From Octopus sinensis (taxonomy: Eukaryota), in contig NW_021832227.1 of assembly GCF_006345805.1 (NCBI RefSeq), positions 62,001-126,000 on the forward strand: DNA of 64,000 bases, written 5' to 3'. Both the position numbers and the translations under genes were made by a program. Below, in pieces: positions 25,080 through 38,777 of the stretch (position 1 is its first letter; each line of letters begins with the position of its first letter). The notes below the pieces were generated by a model. The model did not search any database and was not told where the DNA came from. It worked only from the letters and a program-made list of their open reading frames with translations.

Positions 25080-26250
25080 CGATGTCCTCGACTTACATGA
25101 TGAGGTCCTTAAAACCTTCCCCCCAAAAAAAAATTAAAAAAAAATTTTCTGCATTTTGGTTAAAATGAACAACTACGATGTCCTCGACTTACATGATGAG
25201 GTCCTTAAAACCTTCCCCCCAAAAAATTAAAAAAAAATTTTCTGCATTTTGGTTAAAATGAACAACTACGATGTCCTCGACTTACATGATGAGGTCCTTA
25301 AAACCTTCCCTCCAAAAAAAATTAAAAAAAAATTTTCTGCATTTTGGTTAAAATGAACAACTACGATGTCCTCGACTTACATGATGAGGTCCTTAAAACC
25401 TTCCCCCCCAAAAAAAATTAAAAAAAATTTTCTGCATTTTGGTTAAAATGAACAACTACGATGTCCTCGACTACATGATGAGGTCCTTAAAACCTTCCCT
25501 CAAAAAAAAATTAAAAAAAAATTTTCTGCATTTTGGTTAAAATGAACAACTACGATGTCCTCGACTTACATGATGAGGTCCTTAAAACCTTCCCCCCAAA
25601 AAAATTAAAAAAAAATTTTCTGCATTTTGGTTAAAATGAACAACTACGATGTCCTCGACTTACATGATGAGGTCCTTAAAACCTTCCCTCCAAAAAAAAA
25701 TTAAAAAAAATTTTCTGCATTTTGGTTAAAATGAACAACTACGATGTCCTCGACTTACATGATGAGGTCCTTAAAACCTTCCCTCAAAAAAAAATTAAAA
25801 AAAAAATTTTCTGCATTTTGGTTAAAATGAACAACTACGATGTCCTCGACTTACATGATGAGGTCCTTAAAACCTTCCCTCCAAAAAAATAAAAAAAAAT
25901 TTTCTGCATTTTGGTTAAAATGAACAACTACGATGTCCTCGACTTACATGATGAGGTCCTTAAAACCTTCCCCGCAAAAAAAAATTAAAAAAAAATTTTC
26001 TGCATTTTGATTAAAATGAACAACTACGATGTCCTCGACTTACATGATGAGGTCCTTAAAACCTTCCCCCCAAAAAAAATTAAAAAAAAATTTTCTGCAT
26101 TTTGATTAAAATGAACAACTACGATGTCCTCGACTTACATGATGAGGTCCTTAAAACCGCCCGCCAAAAAATCAAAAAATTATTTTCTGCATTTTGATTA
26201 AAATGAACAACGCGAATGTCCTCGACATTCATGATGAGGTCCATTAAAAC
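25080..26250 (+). repeat. ~94-bp satellite array (about 13 units), subfamily A, TACGATG/GAGGTC variant
   Basis: Twelve AAAATGAACAAC starts counted plus a partial first unit; the last unit is diverged. Confidence 0.95.
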
Positions 26251-26451
26251 CTTCAAGGCAAAAATCTCACGTATTAAGAATATCCTTGATGAAAACGACA
26301 GCGAGAATATTAACAATGATGAACTCCCAATTATTCGCGATAAAGAAATTCAATTCATCCTATGTTTTTCTCTTTAAAATTAATTGCATATATCATTATC
26401 GACCATGAATCAAAATTAAAGCTATTATCATATTTGACTTTGACAGAATGT

Positions 26452-27928
26452 GAAATTGTGTTAATGATTGTGCTAATGTGGTTTCAACTATCAAAGTGTT
26501 TTTCAAAATCTGTTAATTGCACACTCTATTCAAGGTCGTGCGTCAATTTGTGGTAAATTGTGTTAATGATTGTGCTAATGTGGTTTCAACTATCAAAGTG
26601 GTTTTTCAAAATCTGTTAATTGCACACTCTATTCAAGGTCGTGCAATCTGTGATTGCACATTCTGTCAAAGTCAAATATGATAATAGCTTTAATTTTGAT
26701 TCATGGTCGATAATGATATATGCAATTAATTTTAAAGAGAAAAACATAGGATGAATTGAATTTCTTTATCGCGAATAATTGGGAGTTCATCATTGTTAAT
26801 ATTCTCGCTGTCGTTTTCATCAAGGATATTCTTAATACGTGAGATTTTTGCCTTGAAGGTTTTAATGGACCTCATCATGAATGTCGAGGACATTCGCGTT
26901 GTTCATTTTAATCAAAATGCAGAAAATAATTTTGATTTTTTGGGGGGAAGGTTTTAAGGACTTCATCATGTAAGTCGAGGACATTGTAGTTGTTCATTTT
27001 AACCAAAATGCAGAAAATTTTTTTAAATTTTTTTTGGGGGGAAGGTTTTAAGGACTTCATCATGTAAGTCGAGGACATTGTAGTTGTTCATTTTAACCAA
27101 AATGCAGAAAATTTTTTTAAATTTTTTTTGGGGGGAAGGTTTTAAGGACTTCATCATGTAAGTCGAGGACATTGTAGTTGTTCATTTTAACCAAAATGCA
27201 GAAAATTTTTTTTTAATTTTTTTGGGGGGAAGGTTTTAAGGACTTCATCATGTAAGTCGAGGACATTGTAGTTGTTCATTTTAACCAAAATGCAGAAAAT
27301 TTTTTTTAATTTTTTTGGGGGGAAGGTTTTAAGGACTTCATCATGTAAGTCGAGGACATTGTAGTTGTTCATTTTAACCAAAATGCAGAAAATTTTTTTT
27401 TAATTTTTTTGGGGGGAAGGTTTTAAGGACTTCATCATGTAAGTCGAGGACATTGTAGTTGTTCATTTTAACCAAAATGCAGAAAATTTTTTTTTATTTT
27501 TTTTGGGGGGAAGGTTTTAAGGACTTCATCATGTAAGTCGAGGACATTGTAGTTGTTCATTTTAACCAAAATGCAGAAAATTTTTTTTTAATTTTTTTGG
27601 GGGGAAGGTTTTAAGGACTTCATCATGTAAGTCGAGGACATTGTAGTTGTTCATTTTAACCAAAATGCAGAAAATTTTTTTTTAATTTTTTTGGGGGGAA
27701 GGTTTTAAGGACTTCATCATGTAAGTCGAGGACATTGTAGTTGTTCATTTTAACCAAAATGCAGAAAATTTTTTTTAATTTTTTTGGGGGGAAGGTTTTA
27801 AGGACCTCATCATGTAAGTCGAGGACATCGTATTGCCAATTTGAAGTTGGTGTGCACACACAGACAGACAGACAGACACACAGACAGACAGACAGACAGA
27901 CACACACCATACCATTTTATTATTAAGA
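26452..27928 (-). mobile_element. Inverted Helitron 5' segment with ~11-unit satellite array (TACAATG/GAAGTC variant)
   Basis: Reverse complement of the element's first ~1.4 kb; ends in a correct A|TC junction at 27928/27929; a short extra inverted piece lies at 26452-26540. Confidence 0.9.
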
Positions 27929-27937
27929 TTTAGTTAA

Positions 27938-28295
27938 GTTTTTCGTAAAGATAGAATTTATTTTCAGTATGCCTCTTTTCCTAAACTTTTTTATTATTCA
28001 AAAATAATTTTTTCAATAGATAACCGAAGGAGGGAAGACGACCTTAAGAAAAGAAGTTTTTCGTAAAGATAGAATTTATTTTCGGTATGCCTCTTTTCCT
28101 AAACTTTTTTATTATTCAAAAATAATTTTTTCAATAGATAACCGAAGGAGGGAAGACGACCTTAAGAAAAGAAGTTTTTCGTAAAGATAGAATTTATTTT
28201 CGGTATGCCTCTTATCTTAAACTTTTTTATTATTCAAAAATAATTTTTTAAATAGATAACCGAAGGAGGAAAAACGAAGCTGAAGAAAAAACGGT
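27938..28295 (+). repeat. Three tandem copies of a 118-bp internal Helitron segment
   Basis: GTTTTTCGTAAAGATAGAATT starts at 27938, 28056 and 28174; the segment is single-copy in Helitron 1 (near 7069). Confidence 0.9.
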
Positions 28296-28333
28296 CAGCT
28301 TAATAAGGTAATTAATCAAATCTTTTTGTGTGT

Positions 28334-28400
28334 CGCATCTCTGCCTGCCGCATCTTTGCCTGCCGCATCTCTGCCTGCCGCATCTCTGCCTGCCGCATCT
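28334..28400 (+). repeat. 15-bp minisatellite (CGCATCTCTGCCTGC) x4 plus a partial copy
   Basis: Read directly from the sequence. Confidence 0.85.
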
Positions 28401-28585
28401 CCCCCCATCTCACCCAAATAAAAAAAGAAAAAAAGGAAATTACAAAGAAACACGAAAAAATCAATATAAAAAGTTAACAATAAAAAAAGAAAATAAAGCA
28501 CAAAAAAAAGAAAATAAAACAAAAAAAAAAAAAAAAAAAAACTTAAAAAATAAAAAAAGAAAAAAAACTTAAAAAATAAAAAAAT

Positions 28586-31500
28586 ACATGCAGATAGAAC
28601 ACCTGCAAATGAACATGAGCGTCGATACAACGCACCAACATCAAACCAGGTAGGAATTTTAATAGTAGGTCAACAATATGATACTAGAGACATTATCATA
28701 AACAAAAGATCCACTGGATTAATGAGAATTTCAGAAACGCATCGATCATACGATGCTCTTCAGTACCCATTAATATTCCCCAGAGGAGAGGATGGCTACA
28801 ATTTTAGGGTAATGCATATCAATCCATCAACTGGTTTAACAACCACTAAAAAAACCAGTTGTATGGAATTTTATTCTTATAGGTTAATGATACGAGAGAG
28901 ATTTCAACATGATTCATCGTACAGGACATTTATTTAATCAGTTATTGTAGATATGTATGCAAAGATAGAAGCAGAGAGACTTCTCTACATTCGTTTAAAT
29001 CAGCGAAAACTAAGAGCTGAGGAGTATATACATCTAAGAGATGCAATAATTAATGATGGTAATGTAACTGATGTAGGTTTAATGGTTATTTTGCCGTCGT
29101 CATTCACGGGAGGACCAAGATATATGCATGAACGCACACAAGATGCGATGACGTACGTAAAAAATTACGGAACACCGGATTTGTTTATCACTTTTACATG
29201 TAATCAAAAATGGCCAGAAATTAGTGATAACATATTTATAGGGGAAAAGCAGAGTATAGACAGACATCATTGCGAGAGTTTTAAACGGAAAGTCGATAAG
29301 ATGATGGATCTTCTCACAAAGGGACAGATATTGGAAAGACAAGATGCCACATGTATACAGTAGAGTGGCAAAAAAGAGGTTTGCCACATATACACATATT
29401 GTTATAGTTAGTCACTAAAATTAGGGCTACAGAAATAGACGATTGCATACGGGCAGAATTGCCAAATCCAAATGAAGATAGAGAATTATACGAGATCATA
29501 AAAAGAAATATGATACATGGTCCATGTGGCATGTATAACAGATCATCACCGTGTATGCGAAATGGTAAGTGTTCTAAAGGGTACCCTAAAAACTTAATAT
29601 ATAATACGCAAACAGGTGTGAAATGGATTTCCGCTTTACCGAAGAAGGGGCACAGCTGAAGGAGGATTTACTGCAACTCTCCACGAAGGAAAAGAAATGA
29701 ATAACAGTTGACAACAGGTGGGTGGTGCCTTATAATCCTCTGTTATGTAAGATTTTTGATGCACATATTAATGTGGAATTTGTAATTCTATTAGATCAAT
29801 TAAATATGTATGTAAATACATTAATAAAGGGTCTGATCAAGCAATTTTTACAATTGAGCAGCGTGACGAGCCAAGCTTTTTTCAGCATAAAACGTCATCT
29901 GCAGTAATGAAGGAGCATGGAGAATTTTCGGATATCCGATTCATGAAAGATATCCATTAGTAATGCATTTAGCGGTGCACTTGGAAAATGGACAAAGGAT
30001 ATATTTTAGAGAAGAAACTGCCCGTAATCAAGTTATGAATCCAAAAAATTCAACGCTTATGGCTACTTTGAATTATGTCAGACTGATGAAATTGCGAAGA
30101 CAATTTATTATGTTGATGTGCCTAGATATTATACGTGGGAAGTGGCCGGAAAGAAATTTAAAAGAAGGATAAGAGGAGAGCCAGAACGGGCATAACGGTA
30201 TTGTAAGTACGGATGCATTGGGTAGAGTATACCGTGCATCCAAATAATTTTGAATGTTATTGTGTTAGGTTACTTTTGCACAACATTCGAGGGCCAGAAT
30301 CATTCACTGATCTGCGGACTGTCAATGGTGTACTCTGCGAAACATACAGAGAAGCCTGTTTTAAATTAGGTCTTTTAGAGGATGACAACCACTGGAATCA
30401 GACTTAACAGAAGCCGCAATTGCAGATTCTCCATCGCGACTAAGGTATTTATATACTTTGATGCTAGCCCATTGTGGGTTAGCTAATCCTAAGCAACTGT
30501 GGGAAGAGCATCGAGAAAGCATGTGCGAAGATATATTAAGAGAGAAGAATAGATCGATTTTTGATGAAGAGATTTTCAACATTGGATTAATCATGATAGA
30601 CAGATTGCTAATATCTGTCGTAGGTAAGAGTGTAAGTGATTTTGGTTTAGCAATCAGTGATCTTCATAATATAAATTTTTTAGATGAGCATTATAATTAG
30701 AGAACTTCAAAAATTGTGGAAGAAAGAGAACAAAGCTTATTACCTGGGCAGTTGGAAATATACAGAGAAATTAACCGAGTCATCCAAGAAGAAAATGGTT
30801 CTATCATCTTTATTGATGCACCAGGTGGTACAGGTAAGACCTATCTTCTAAATTATTGTTAGCAAAGGTGAGAAGCGACAATCTAATAGCATTAGCAGTT
30901 GCATCGTCTGGAATTGCTGCAACTCTTTAGATGGAGGTCGAACAGCACATTCAACATTCCCTTGAACCTGTCTTACAATACTGAACCGGTTTGTAATGTA
31001 AAAAAAAATTTAGTTGCGGGTTATAGAATTATGAATTCTAGGTTAATTGTTTGGGATGAATGCACAATGGCTCATAAGGGCGCATTCGAAGCAGTCGACA
31101 GAACATCTAGAGATATCAAGAATTGTGAGGAACTGTTGTTTGGGGAGCAATAGTTGTATTGGCAGGTGATTTTAGACAAACTCTGCCAATTATTCAAAGA
31201 GGGACGCCTGCGGATGAATTGAATGCCTGCCTCAAATCGTCATACCTGTGGACACACGTCAAAAAGGTAAGCTTAGATGTAAATGTACGTGCACATTTAC
31301 AAGGCGTCAATAGCATATTCCTTTCCAATATCCTTTTAGATATGGGAAATGGGGCAATTACTTCAGATATACAGGATCAGAAAATCAGTCTACCGGAAGA
31401 ATTATGTATATATGTGAATACAGCAGAAGAATTATCCAGTTCAGTATATTCTGACTATCAGAACACTACAGGAATTTCGACTGGCTTCGTGAACGGGCTA

Positions 31501-32088
31501 TATTAGCTCCGCTAAATGATGAGGTACTTAATATAAATTTAGATTTATTAATCAAAATCCCTGGAGAGAAAGAATATATAAATCGGTAGACGTTATTATG
31601 GACCATGAAAGAGCCTGCGAATATCCGGGAATTTTTAAACTCCTTAGATCCCTCTGGAATGCCGAATCATCTTTTAAAATTAAAGATAGGCGTTCCAGTG
31701 GTTTTTTACGAATCTTGCGCCACCTAAATTATGCAACGGAACGAGGTTAGTTATCAAAAATTTGATGGCTAACGTAATAGAGGCGACGATATTAACAGGT
31801 AAGTATAGAGGTGAGGATGTTTATATTCCACGAATTCCGATAATTTCTGATGAATTAACATTTAGATTTAAAAGGCTGCAATTTCCTTTGAGGATGAGTT
31901 TTGCAATGACAATAAACAAGGCCCAGGGACAGTCATTAAAGGTAGTTGGGTTATTTTTAGAGAGTGAGTGCTTTTCACATGGACAGCTGTATGTGGGATG
32001 CTCGAGGGTAGGCAGAAGAGAAAATTTATTCATATATGCCAAGGAAGGACGGACGACAAACATCGTTTATCAACAGGCGATAGAATAG
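28586..32088 (+). pseudogene. Helitron RepHel (HUH Rep plus PIF1 helicase), N-terminally truncated, many frameshifts
   Basis: HERRYNAPT; YDALQYPLIFPRGEDG; PDLFITFTCN; VEWQKRGLPHIHIL (HUH); KYVCKYINKGSD (YxxKY); DAPGGTGKT; IVWDEC; GDFRQTLP; TINKAQGQS. Confidence 0.9.
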
Positions 32089-32268
32089 GGTTACATTAAA
32101 CCAGGTAGTTTTATACATCTACATAAACTTATAGTTGTTTGATGAAACAGGCCCTCCGCAGGAGCTAGGTCGCGGTGAGAGAAGCGAGCTGCCGAGCTAG
32201 TAATATATAAGATACTATATCAAAACGAAATGTTTACTTAATTAATTTGTTATTTTAAGTATCTAGAG

Positions 32269-32340
32269 CAGGGGTTCTCAACCTTTGTAGCTCAAGGGCC
32301 AAATCGATAATTAAGATTAGCCTCGCGGGCCGCACAAAAA
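32269..32340 (+). mobile_element. Isolated hAT (Charlie/Buster-type) left end
   Basis: ATCTAGAG|CAGGGGTTCTCAACC; no partner TIR found. Confidence 0.5.
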
Positions 32341-32629
32341 ATATTTTATATATTTTTATATTTTCCATTTTATTAAATATTGATTCGCATAAATATGTAG
32401 ATTCATACACTCCTCGACAAAAAAATGATTCAAAATTCATATTTAGTTTTTCTTTGAAAATCTTATAAATATTCTAATTTCAAAAAACTTAGTAGATTAG
32501 TTGAATTATTATTTTTATTTTAATAAATATTGTTTAATTGCATTAATTGGAAAAATTAAAAGCATGACACATAATATGTTAGTATATGTCAGTACAAATA
32601 TCTTTTTTTATATGTTTAATATCTCTATT

Positions 32630-33090
32630 TTAGGAAAAAGCATATGGATGACTTTACAAAAAGAAAAATTATTGCTTTATATGAAACAAAAATGACATTT
32701 CGGGCAATTTCTTTGAAAGTTGGGGTACATGAGGCCACAGTCTAATTTTATCCAACGATACAAAAGAATGGCACAATCCCGGAACCCGGATCTGGAAGGC
32801 CAAAAATACTTGATAAAAATGATTTGAAAGAATTGATAAAGTATTCGGAAGAAAATCCAACAAAAAATCTAAAGAGATCTCAAGTGAAATGACGAAACTA
32901 AAATAAAGCAATTTCCTCAAGAACAGTTATAAGAAATCTTAATGAAAATTGGTATATTTGGACGTATCGCAAAAAATAAGCCATTTTTGAATATAAGACA
33001 CACTAAAAAAAGATTAGAAATAACGAAAAGTTTTGCCATTTCTGATGAAAAATGGAAAACCACAATTTTCTCAGATGAATGCATTTCTCA
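32630..33090 (+). mobile_element. Tc1/mariner transposase N-terminal fragment
   Basis: KIIALYETKMTFRAISLKVGV..GSGRPKIL..KKPF-like AKNKPFLNIRHTKKRL..WKTTIFSDE. Confidence 0.75.
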
Positions 33091-33399
33091 ATGTACGTTC
33101 ATTTTTAACCATTTTAGAAATAAAAAAACTTTTACAAATTGGACATACAAGTTATCAAATAAGAATCTATTCCTGTAAACGGCTTATTTACTTTGGCAAA
33201 CAAATAACAAGGACTTAGTCGACAACGTTGAATTTGATCTGCAAAACGAAAAACTTGCATTTTTTCCAAGGTCATTTCTCCCCTATGCGCCAAAGTCGAT
33301 AAAAGAGCCAGCAATCTCTCTCCTGGGTATCTTAACCGCGATGTTTTCCGTCCACTTACTTCTCATGAGGACTTCTGGATAGTTGAATGTTAGAATAAA

Positions 33400-34922
33400 A
33401 AACACTGGGAAAGCTTAAACTTTATTCACAAAAGAGCAAGGTAAGTTTTGACATTCAAAAATTGAAAATTAATTTGAATTGATAACAGAATTATTAAGAT
33501 TGCATTTACGGGAATATCCTTTATTGACTTTTCTAAAAATAGTTGCCGAATACTGATTCCTCCTTCGATGCCGTGATAAAAGATTGTAAGTCATTTCGTG
33601 AACAATTTAATTCTTGGTATTTTGTAATCCAATTCAATTTTATATAAATCAGACATGCTCAAATCCGAAGATTCAACTTCATTAGACGGCCGAGACAATA
33701 TTATTGGATACCCCATCAGATCAGAAGGACATTTTATTAAATAAAGTCCAGTTTTATCAGTCAGGTTTTGGTGTGTTTTTTAATTTATCTAATCTCTTGA
33801 ACATCACAACCATAGATCGAATTCCATTAATGAAGGCAGCGCAAATTGACTCGATATTCTTACATTTTCGGAGTAGTTTAACATAAACGTCTTCAACTCC
33901 GACTAAATAAAATAATTTTGCCAATATCCGCTAAGAAATAATTCCATAACCAGCATCTTTCAGAATCACAGTTATTCTGGCTGCTTCAAAACTCCAATCC
34001 GTGTCATGATAAACTAATTAAAATGACTTTTACTAAAAAAACAAAATTTTAGACAAATCAAAATACCTATCATATTTTCGAATGAATCAAAGTACAGTAA
34101 ATTATTGGACGCCGAAACTTTAGCCTGAGACAGATATTTTAATCAGTAATACAGATGATATGGCATCTTTCATTGAAGGTCTCGTCTCTGTTGCATATCA
34201 TGTCGAATAAACAAGAATGAAAATACCAACAAGTCCTCTACAATTTCCCACAAACCAGTTTGCTCGCCCCAGAAAAGTCAGTGTATAAAACCTTCTCGAC
34301 TTTTTATATTTTGAAATAAAATACCATTAAAATTACACTTTTTAGGTCTAGAATCACTACTATAGAAGTAATAATAATTTAAAACTGTTATTTTCGTCCA
34401 GAACTAAGCCGGTTGAGTTTCCAACAAGGCGATTTCCGCTGAATCCACGATTTAATTGGCTTTTGAATTTCCTGGAAAAACCTGACTTTCGAAGGTCGGC
34501 ACAGCTAAATTTTCTTTCTGAAACTTTGAGCGAATTTTTCTTCCCAAACTCAGGATCGGAGAACTGTGAAAAGTCAATGTCCTGTTTAGACAAGTCTGGA
34601 AATTTTACTCCATGTTTGCCTGCATAATAATGTTACTTTATACACCAAATCCAAATTTTTGACCAGTGTTAAGATCTAATACTACTTTTTCCATCCTTTC
34701 TTTAAACCAGCTGGGATTCCTGAAGTCATTGTTTACCAGAGATCTTTTGAATTTGCTGATCCTTTTATCACCAATTTCTAGATGGTCTTGACACTCATCT
34801 GCTCTCAGATTTCCTCCCAAGAGACTAGATCAGCTGGTTCTCAGGCCCCTGAGCCTCTCAACCGCTGATCCTCTTCAGCACCTTTTGTTAGTCCTAATTA
34901 TTTCTTCTTTTTCTGACATCTT
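33400..34922 (-). CDS. Possible multi-exon protein-coding gene of unknown function
   Basis: Consecutive open minus-strand blocks (34638-34820, 34360-34593) separated by ~28-nt GT-AG gaps; no recognisable domain; stops near the presumed start. Confidence 0.3.
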
Positions 34923-35199
34923 TGTAATTAATGAGACGATTTTTAATAAAATGAAATTGCGCTGAATCTCGAATTTTTCGTTGATAATAAAATCTTATAA
35001 AATTTCATTTCGGATATAAGGTTTGGATTGAATTCACCTTTTCTAATAACTCTTCTTTTTCGGTTGCTAAGTTAATAAAATCTGTTCGTTCGTTCGTTTA
35101 CCATTTTTAAAATGTTGCCGTTTTTTCTCGGTACTGCAAGTCTAGATTAAAAATTAGGACTGTTTTTTAAAAACATCAATTTACAAGAATTTAAAAAAT

Positions 35200-36460
35200 T
35201 TATGCCGACATAAACCAAACTCTTTCACTCCGATGTAGCTCAAAAAATCAGTCAGTTTGGAAAATAAACGGTGAAATGTAAGTCCAGTAATTTAATTTAC
35301 AGACTGGAAAATATTTTCACTGATCTTTTAATAATTACAGTCAAAGAGAAAACGTATGGAATTATTGAGTGCTGGGACGACAAAATAGCATTTGATTACT
35401 TTGTTATTAAAAGATTTAGTTAGATTTTCGAGATTCGAGTCTTAGAGAATTCACTAAAAATTGACGGATGTCGAAATACGACATTTTACAAAGACAAACT
35501 CTATCAGGAAGTGTCTTCATATTGCCATCTGAGCGTCCCTAACGATATAGAAATGAAAATAAGCTGGAATAATCTGGAGCACTGTAAAATATCATCATTT
35601 CACTATTCTAGACAATGTACGATATTCTTTTGACAACCATGGATTGAGAATAAAAAATCTTCAAGAAAAAGATGCACATATTTATTCACTAAATATTACT
35701 ATGTACGATATAAACGACGATAAAAAAAGATGTCATAGAGTTTATGTCTCTTTTTATGTATCAATCATAGAAGGTAATTTACAACTCATATATTTTAGTA
35801 AAACAAAAAATTAAATTTGAATCAAAAAATTTGAGAAAAGGGAAAGAAAACGTCATCGAATGCATGAGTATAGGTCAAAATTTTATTTTGTTCTTAATTA
35901 ACAATAAAAATAAAACAGTAAACTATATTTAAGAAATAATTTAATAGACAATTCAAAATACTAAACAAGATTGTATGAACTACTTTAATTTAAAAGCATG
36001 TAAAATTACCACTGTCCTCACTCCCTCGTCATACGATACCTTGGACCTCTCTTGTCAAATCAAATATGCATACTTTAAAGATCAAGTAACAAAACTATTT
36101 CCTGTCGTAGGTTAAGTGAATTTTATTTTTTGACAGACGCTCCAGACTCGCCAAAAATCCACGTGTCTCAGGGACCAATACTGAGGATAGAACCTTATCC
36201 CTCTGAAGTTGAAAATAAAAATCGTATTTCGTCAATTAAAATGGAATTTAAGGAATAAATTTATTTCTTAGTTTTAGGATAATGAGCGATATCCAAACTA
36301 TTTTTTATTCTCCGGAGAAGTCAAAGTAATTGACTTAAGAAATTTTATACACGAAGCAGGAACTTATAAAATTTCTTTAGTGGCTATGAGAGACGTAGTT
36401 GAATCTGAACAAACTGTGGTTGTGATAAATTTTAAAAGTTTTGTTTTTTATTTATTTTAG
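35200..36460 (+). CDS. Possible divergent Ig/FN3-domain protein gene
   Basis: LSLRCSSKNQSVWKINGE..YGIIECW (Ig-like C..W..C); CHLSVPNDIEMKISW; APDSP; YKISLVAM (FN3-like); micro-intron-like gaps. Confidence 0.35.
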
Positions 36461-36919
36461 TGATAAGTGACTTTAAGTTGAGTGTCATAATTTCGGTGAC
36501 TTCCGGAATCATTTTTGTTCTTGTAATTGGAATCATATACATGCGGTATAAATCCAGTGGGAATGTATTTGCAATCACCCCTTGGTGACATTTTAATGTC
36601 AATAATTTTACTTTTTAATAAATTTTCATAAATTATCAAATAATTCGATAAATTTGCAATCATTTATCAATTTCAGCACATTAGCTAAACCTAAATACAT
36701 CAAATTTTTTATGGACATCAAATTTCAGCAATTCTTAACAAAAATTAAACTAAAGGAAAATAAAAACGAGGGCCTTTACGTGGAGAGAGCAATTCCCTCT
36801 AAAATACATAACCTAAATAATTGAAAGACAATATTATACGAGTGTTTAAATATATTTTATTTAAATAGTTGTAACTAATATTATAAATGTCAAATAGATT
36901 ATTATGAATGTAATTTAAA

Positions 36920-38618
36920 ATGGAGAACACCACCCAAGACACACTTGAAACTTCTGATTCAAAAATAGTACTTCAAAAAAACCTTACACTGTTCAATTCC
37001 ATCACCTTAGTTGTCGGATCAGTAATTGGATCTGGAATCTTCATAAGCTCGTCGAGTGTTTTAAAACAAACCGGAAGTATAGGACTCACGTTGATCGTTT
37101 GGATAAACTGTGGTCTAATTTCACTTTTTGGATCTCTTTGCTATGCAGAATTAGGGACAATGATTCCGAGTTCTGGGGGAGAGTATATTTATATCATGAA
37201 AGCTTTTGGTTCATTAGCTGCATTTGTTAGAATTTGGATTGAACTTGTCGTCATTCGACCATCTCTAAATGCGATAGTGGCTCTCACTTTCGGAATATAT
37301 CTTCTCAAGCCAATCTACCCAGGTTGTCCACCACCCGACACGGCAGTCATTTTGTTGGCAAATATATGCATAAGTATAATCATGAAATTACATCTTTTTT
37401 AGTTTTTGTAACATTTATCAACTGTGTGAGTATAAAATTTTCAACATTAATACAAGATCTGTTCAGCGGAATCAAAACAGCAGTACTGTTCTCCATCATT
37501 GGCACAGGAATATATTTTTTGGCAACTGGTCACTTTTGGGAATTTATATTTAGGTCACTTTGACACACTAAAGACAGGCTTTCAAGGAACGACTAGTGAT
37601 TTTGGGAGCATTGCATTAGCCCATTATGGAGGACTTTTTGCATATAATGGATGGTTTGTTCACTTGGATTTAAATTTAGGCAATTTATAAATTCGGTTGC
37701 AGAGGAAATGAAGAATATAAAAAGGCACAATATTTTTCGAAATTTTAGAGATCTACAACCATGCATGATAATTTCCATCATCTCAATTATGCTTTTTTAC
37801 GTTTTTACAGTTATTTCCTATATGGCTGTTCTCAGCAAAGTTCAGATCATTGAAACAAACGCGATTGCGATTGTTCGTTTATTTTTAAAAAAATATTATT
37901 TTTTAGTCTTTTGGAGAGCGCATTCATGTTGGTTTTTCTTATTTTTTATCCGCCGGAGTAGCCTGTTCCACGTTTGGTGCTGTCAATGGATTGATTTTTA
38001 CAACTTCGCGGTTTAATATTTTTAGGTTAATTACTTCAGCCTATTTTTTATAGCAGCTCGGCATGATCACATGCCAATGATTATCAATACAGTAAACACA
38101 AAATTTAAAACCCCGATTGTAGCTATGATAATTACTGTATGATGTTTTTACATTTTTAGGGTTTTTTGTCGATTTGTTATACGTTTTTCAAAAACACAGA
38201 AACTCTATTGAACTATACAAGCATAATGAACTGGATTTCAGTTTTAGTTACAGTAATTACACTTTTCGTTTTCCGGAAAATTGCACCAAAGTTAGAGAGA
38301 CCCATAAAAGTTTGATAAATTATTTTAGTATCTAGGTTCCTCTTTTCTTTCCGATATTATTTGTTTCGATTGTGGGACCTCTTATTTTGGCCTCAATAAT
38401 CGCAGTTCCCGCTGAGGCAGGTTAGCATTATTTTTTAATTGTAAGGTCTAGGAATTACAATGGCACTGTCTGCAATCCCTGTCTATTGTATTTTCAAAAT
38501 TATTAATAAAAACAAAAAATTCAGAAAAATCATTTGTATTAAATAGTTATATATTTTTTTAGATAAAATAGAATATACAATTGCTGTTCTTTTATCTTCA
38601 TGTGAAGAGCAAAAATAG
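36920..38618 (+). CDS. L-type amino acid transporter light chain (SLC7, LAT/y+LAT/b0,+AT family)
   Basis: VGSVIGSGIFIS; GSLCYAELGTMIPSSGGEYIY; YGGLFAYNGW; VACSTFGAVNG; ERPIK|VPLFFP; about 9 micro-introns. Confidence 0.93.
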
Positions 38619-38777
38619 GAAAAAATTCAATTTGATAATTTTTGTTTTTGTTAACTAACTAAAGTTTTTTAAACTATTTAAAAAATTTAACCTAGTTTTT
38701 TTTTAATTTTTCTATTCATTGTCTATATTTAAAAAAAATAAATACGCATTATCACTAAACAATGTTAAAGTAATTAA

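Larger units (their letters stand above)
25002..32200 (+). mobile_element. Helitron 2: composite element with satellite arrays, nested inverted 5' copy and degraded RepHel
   Basis: TCTTAATAATAAAATGG 5' end (preceded by G), (GTCT)n, hairpin plus CTAG|T 3' end at 32200, Rep and PIF1 motifs. Confidence 0.9.

Noticed and set aside
25080-26250. TGTCCT/TGAGGTCC half-sites in monomer A as thyroid response elements for the nearby TR
   Set aside because: Imperfect half-sites with non-canonical 14-nt everted spacing; both are lost in subfamily B, the array nearest the TR gene.
25002-27928. Palindrome as a fold-back sequencing chimera
   Set aside because: The arms differ consistently at diagnostic sites and the inverted copy has its own A|TC junction. 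Not fully excluded without reads.
28316-28630. Lys-rich and Phe-rich ORFs
   Set aside because: Translation of the 15-bp minisatellite and the A-rich tract.
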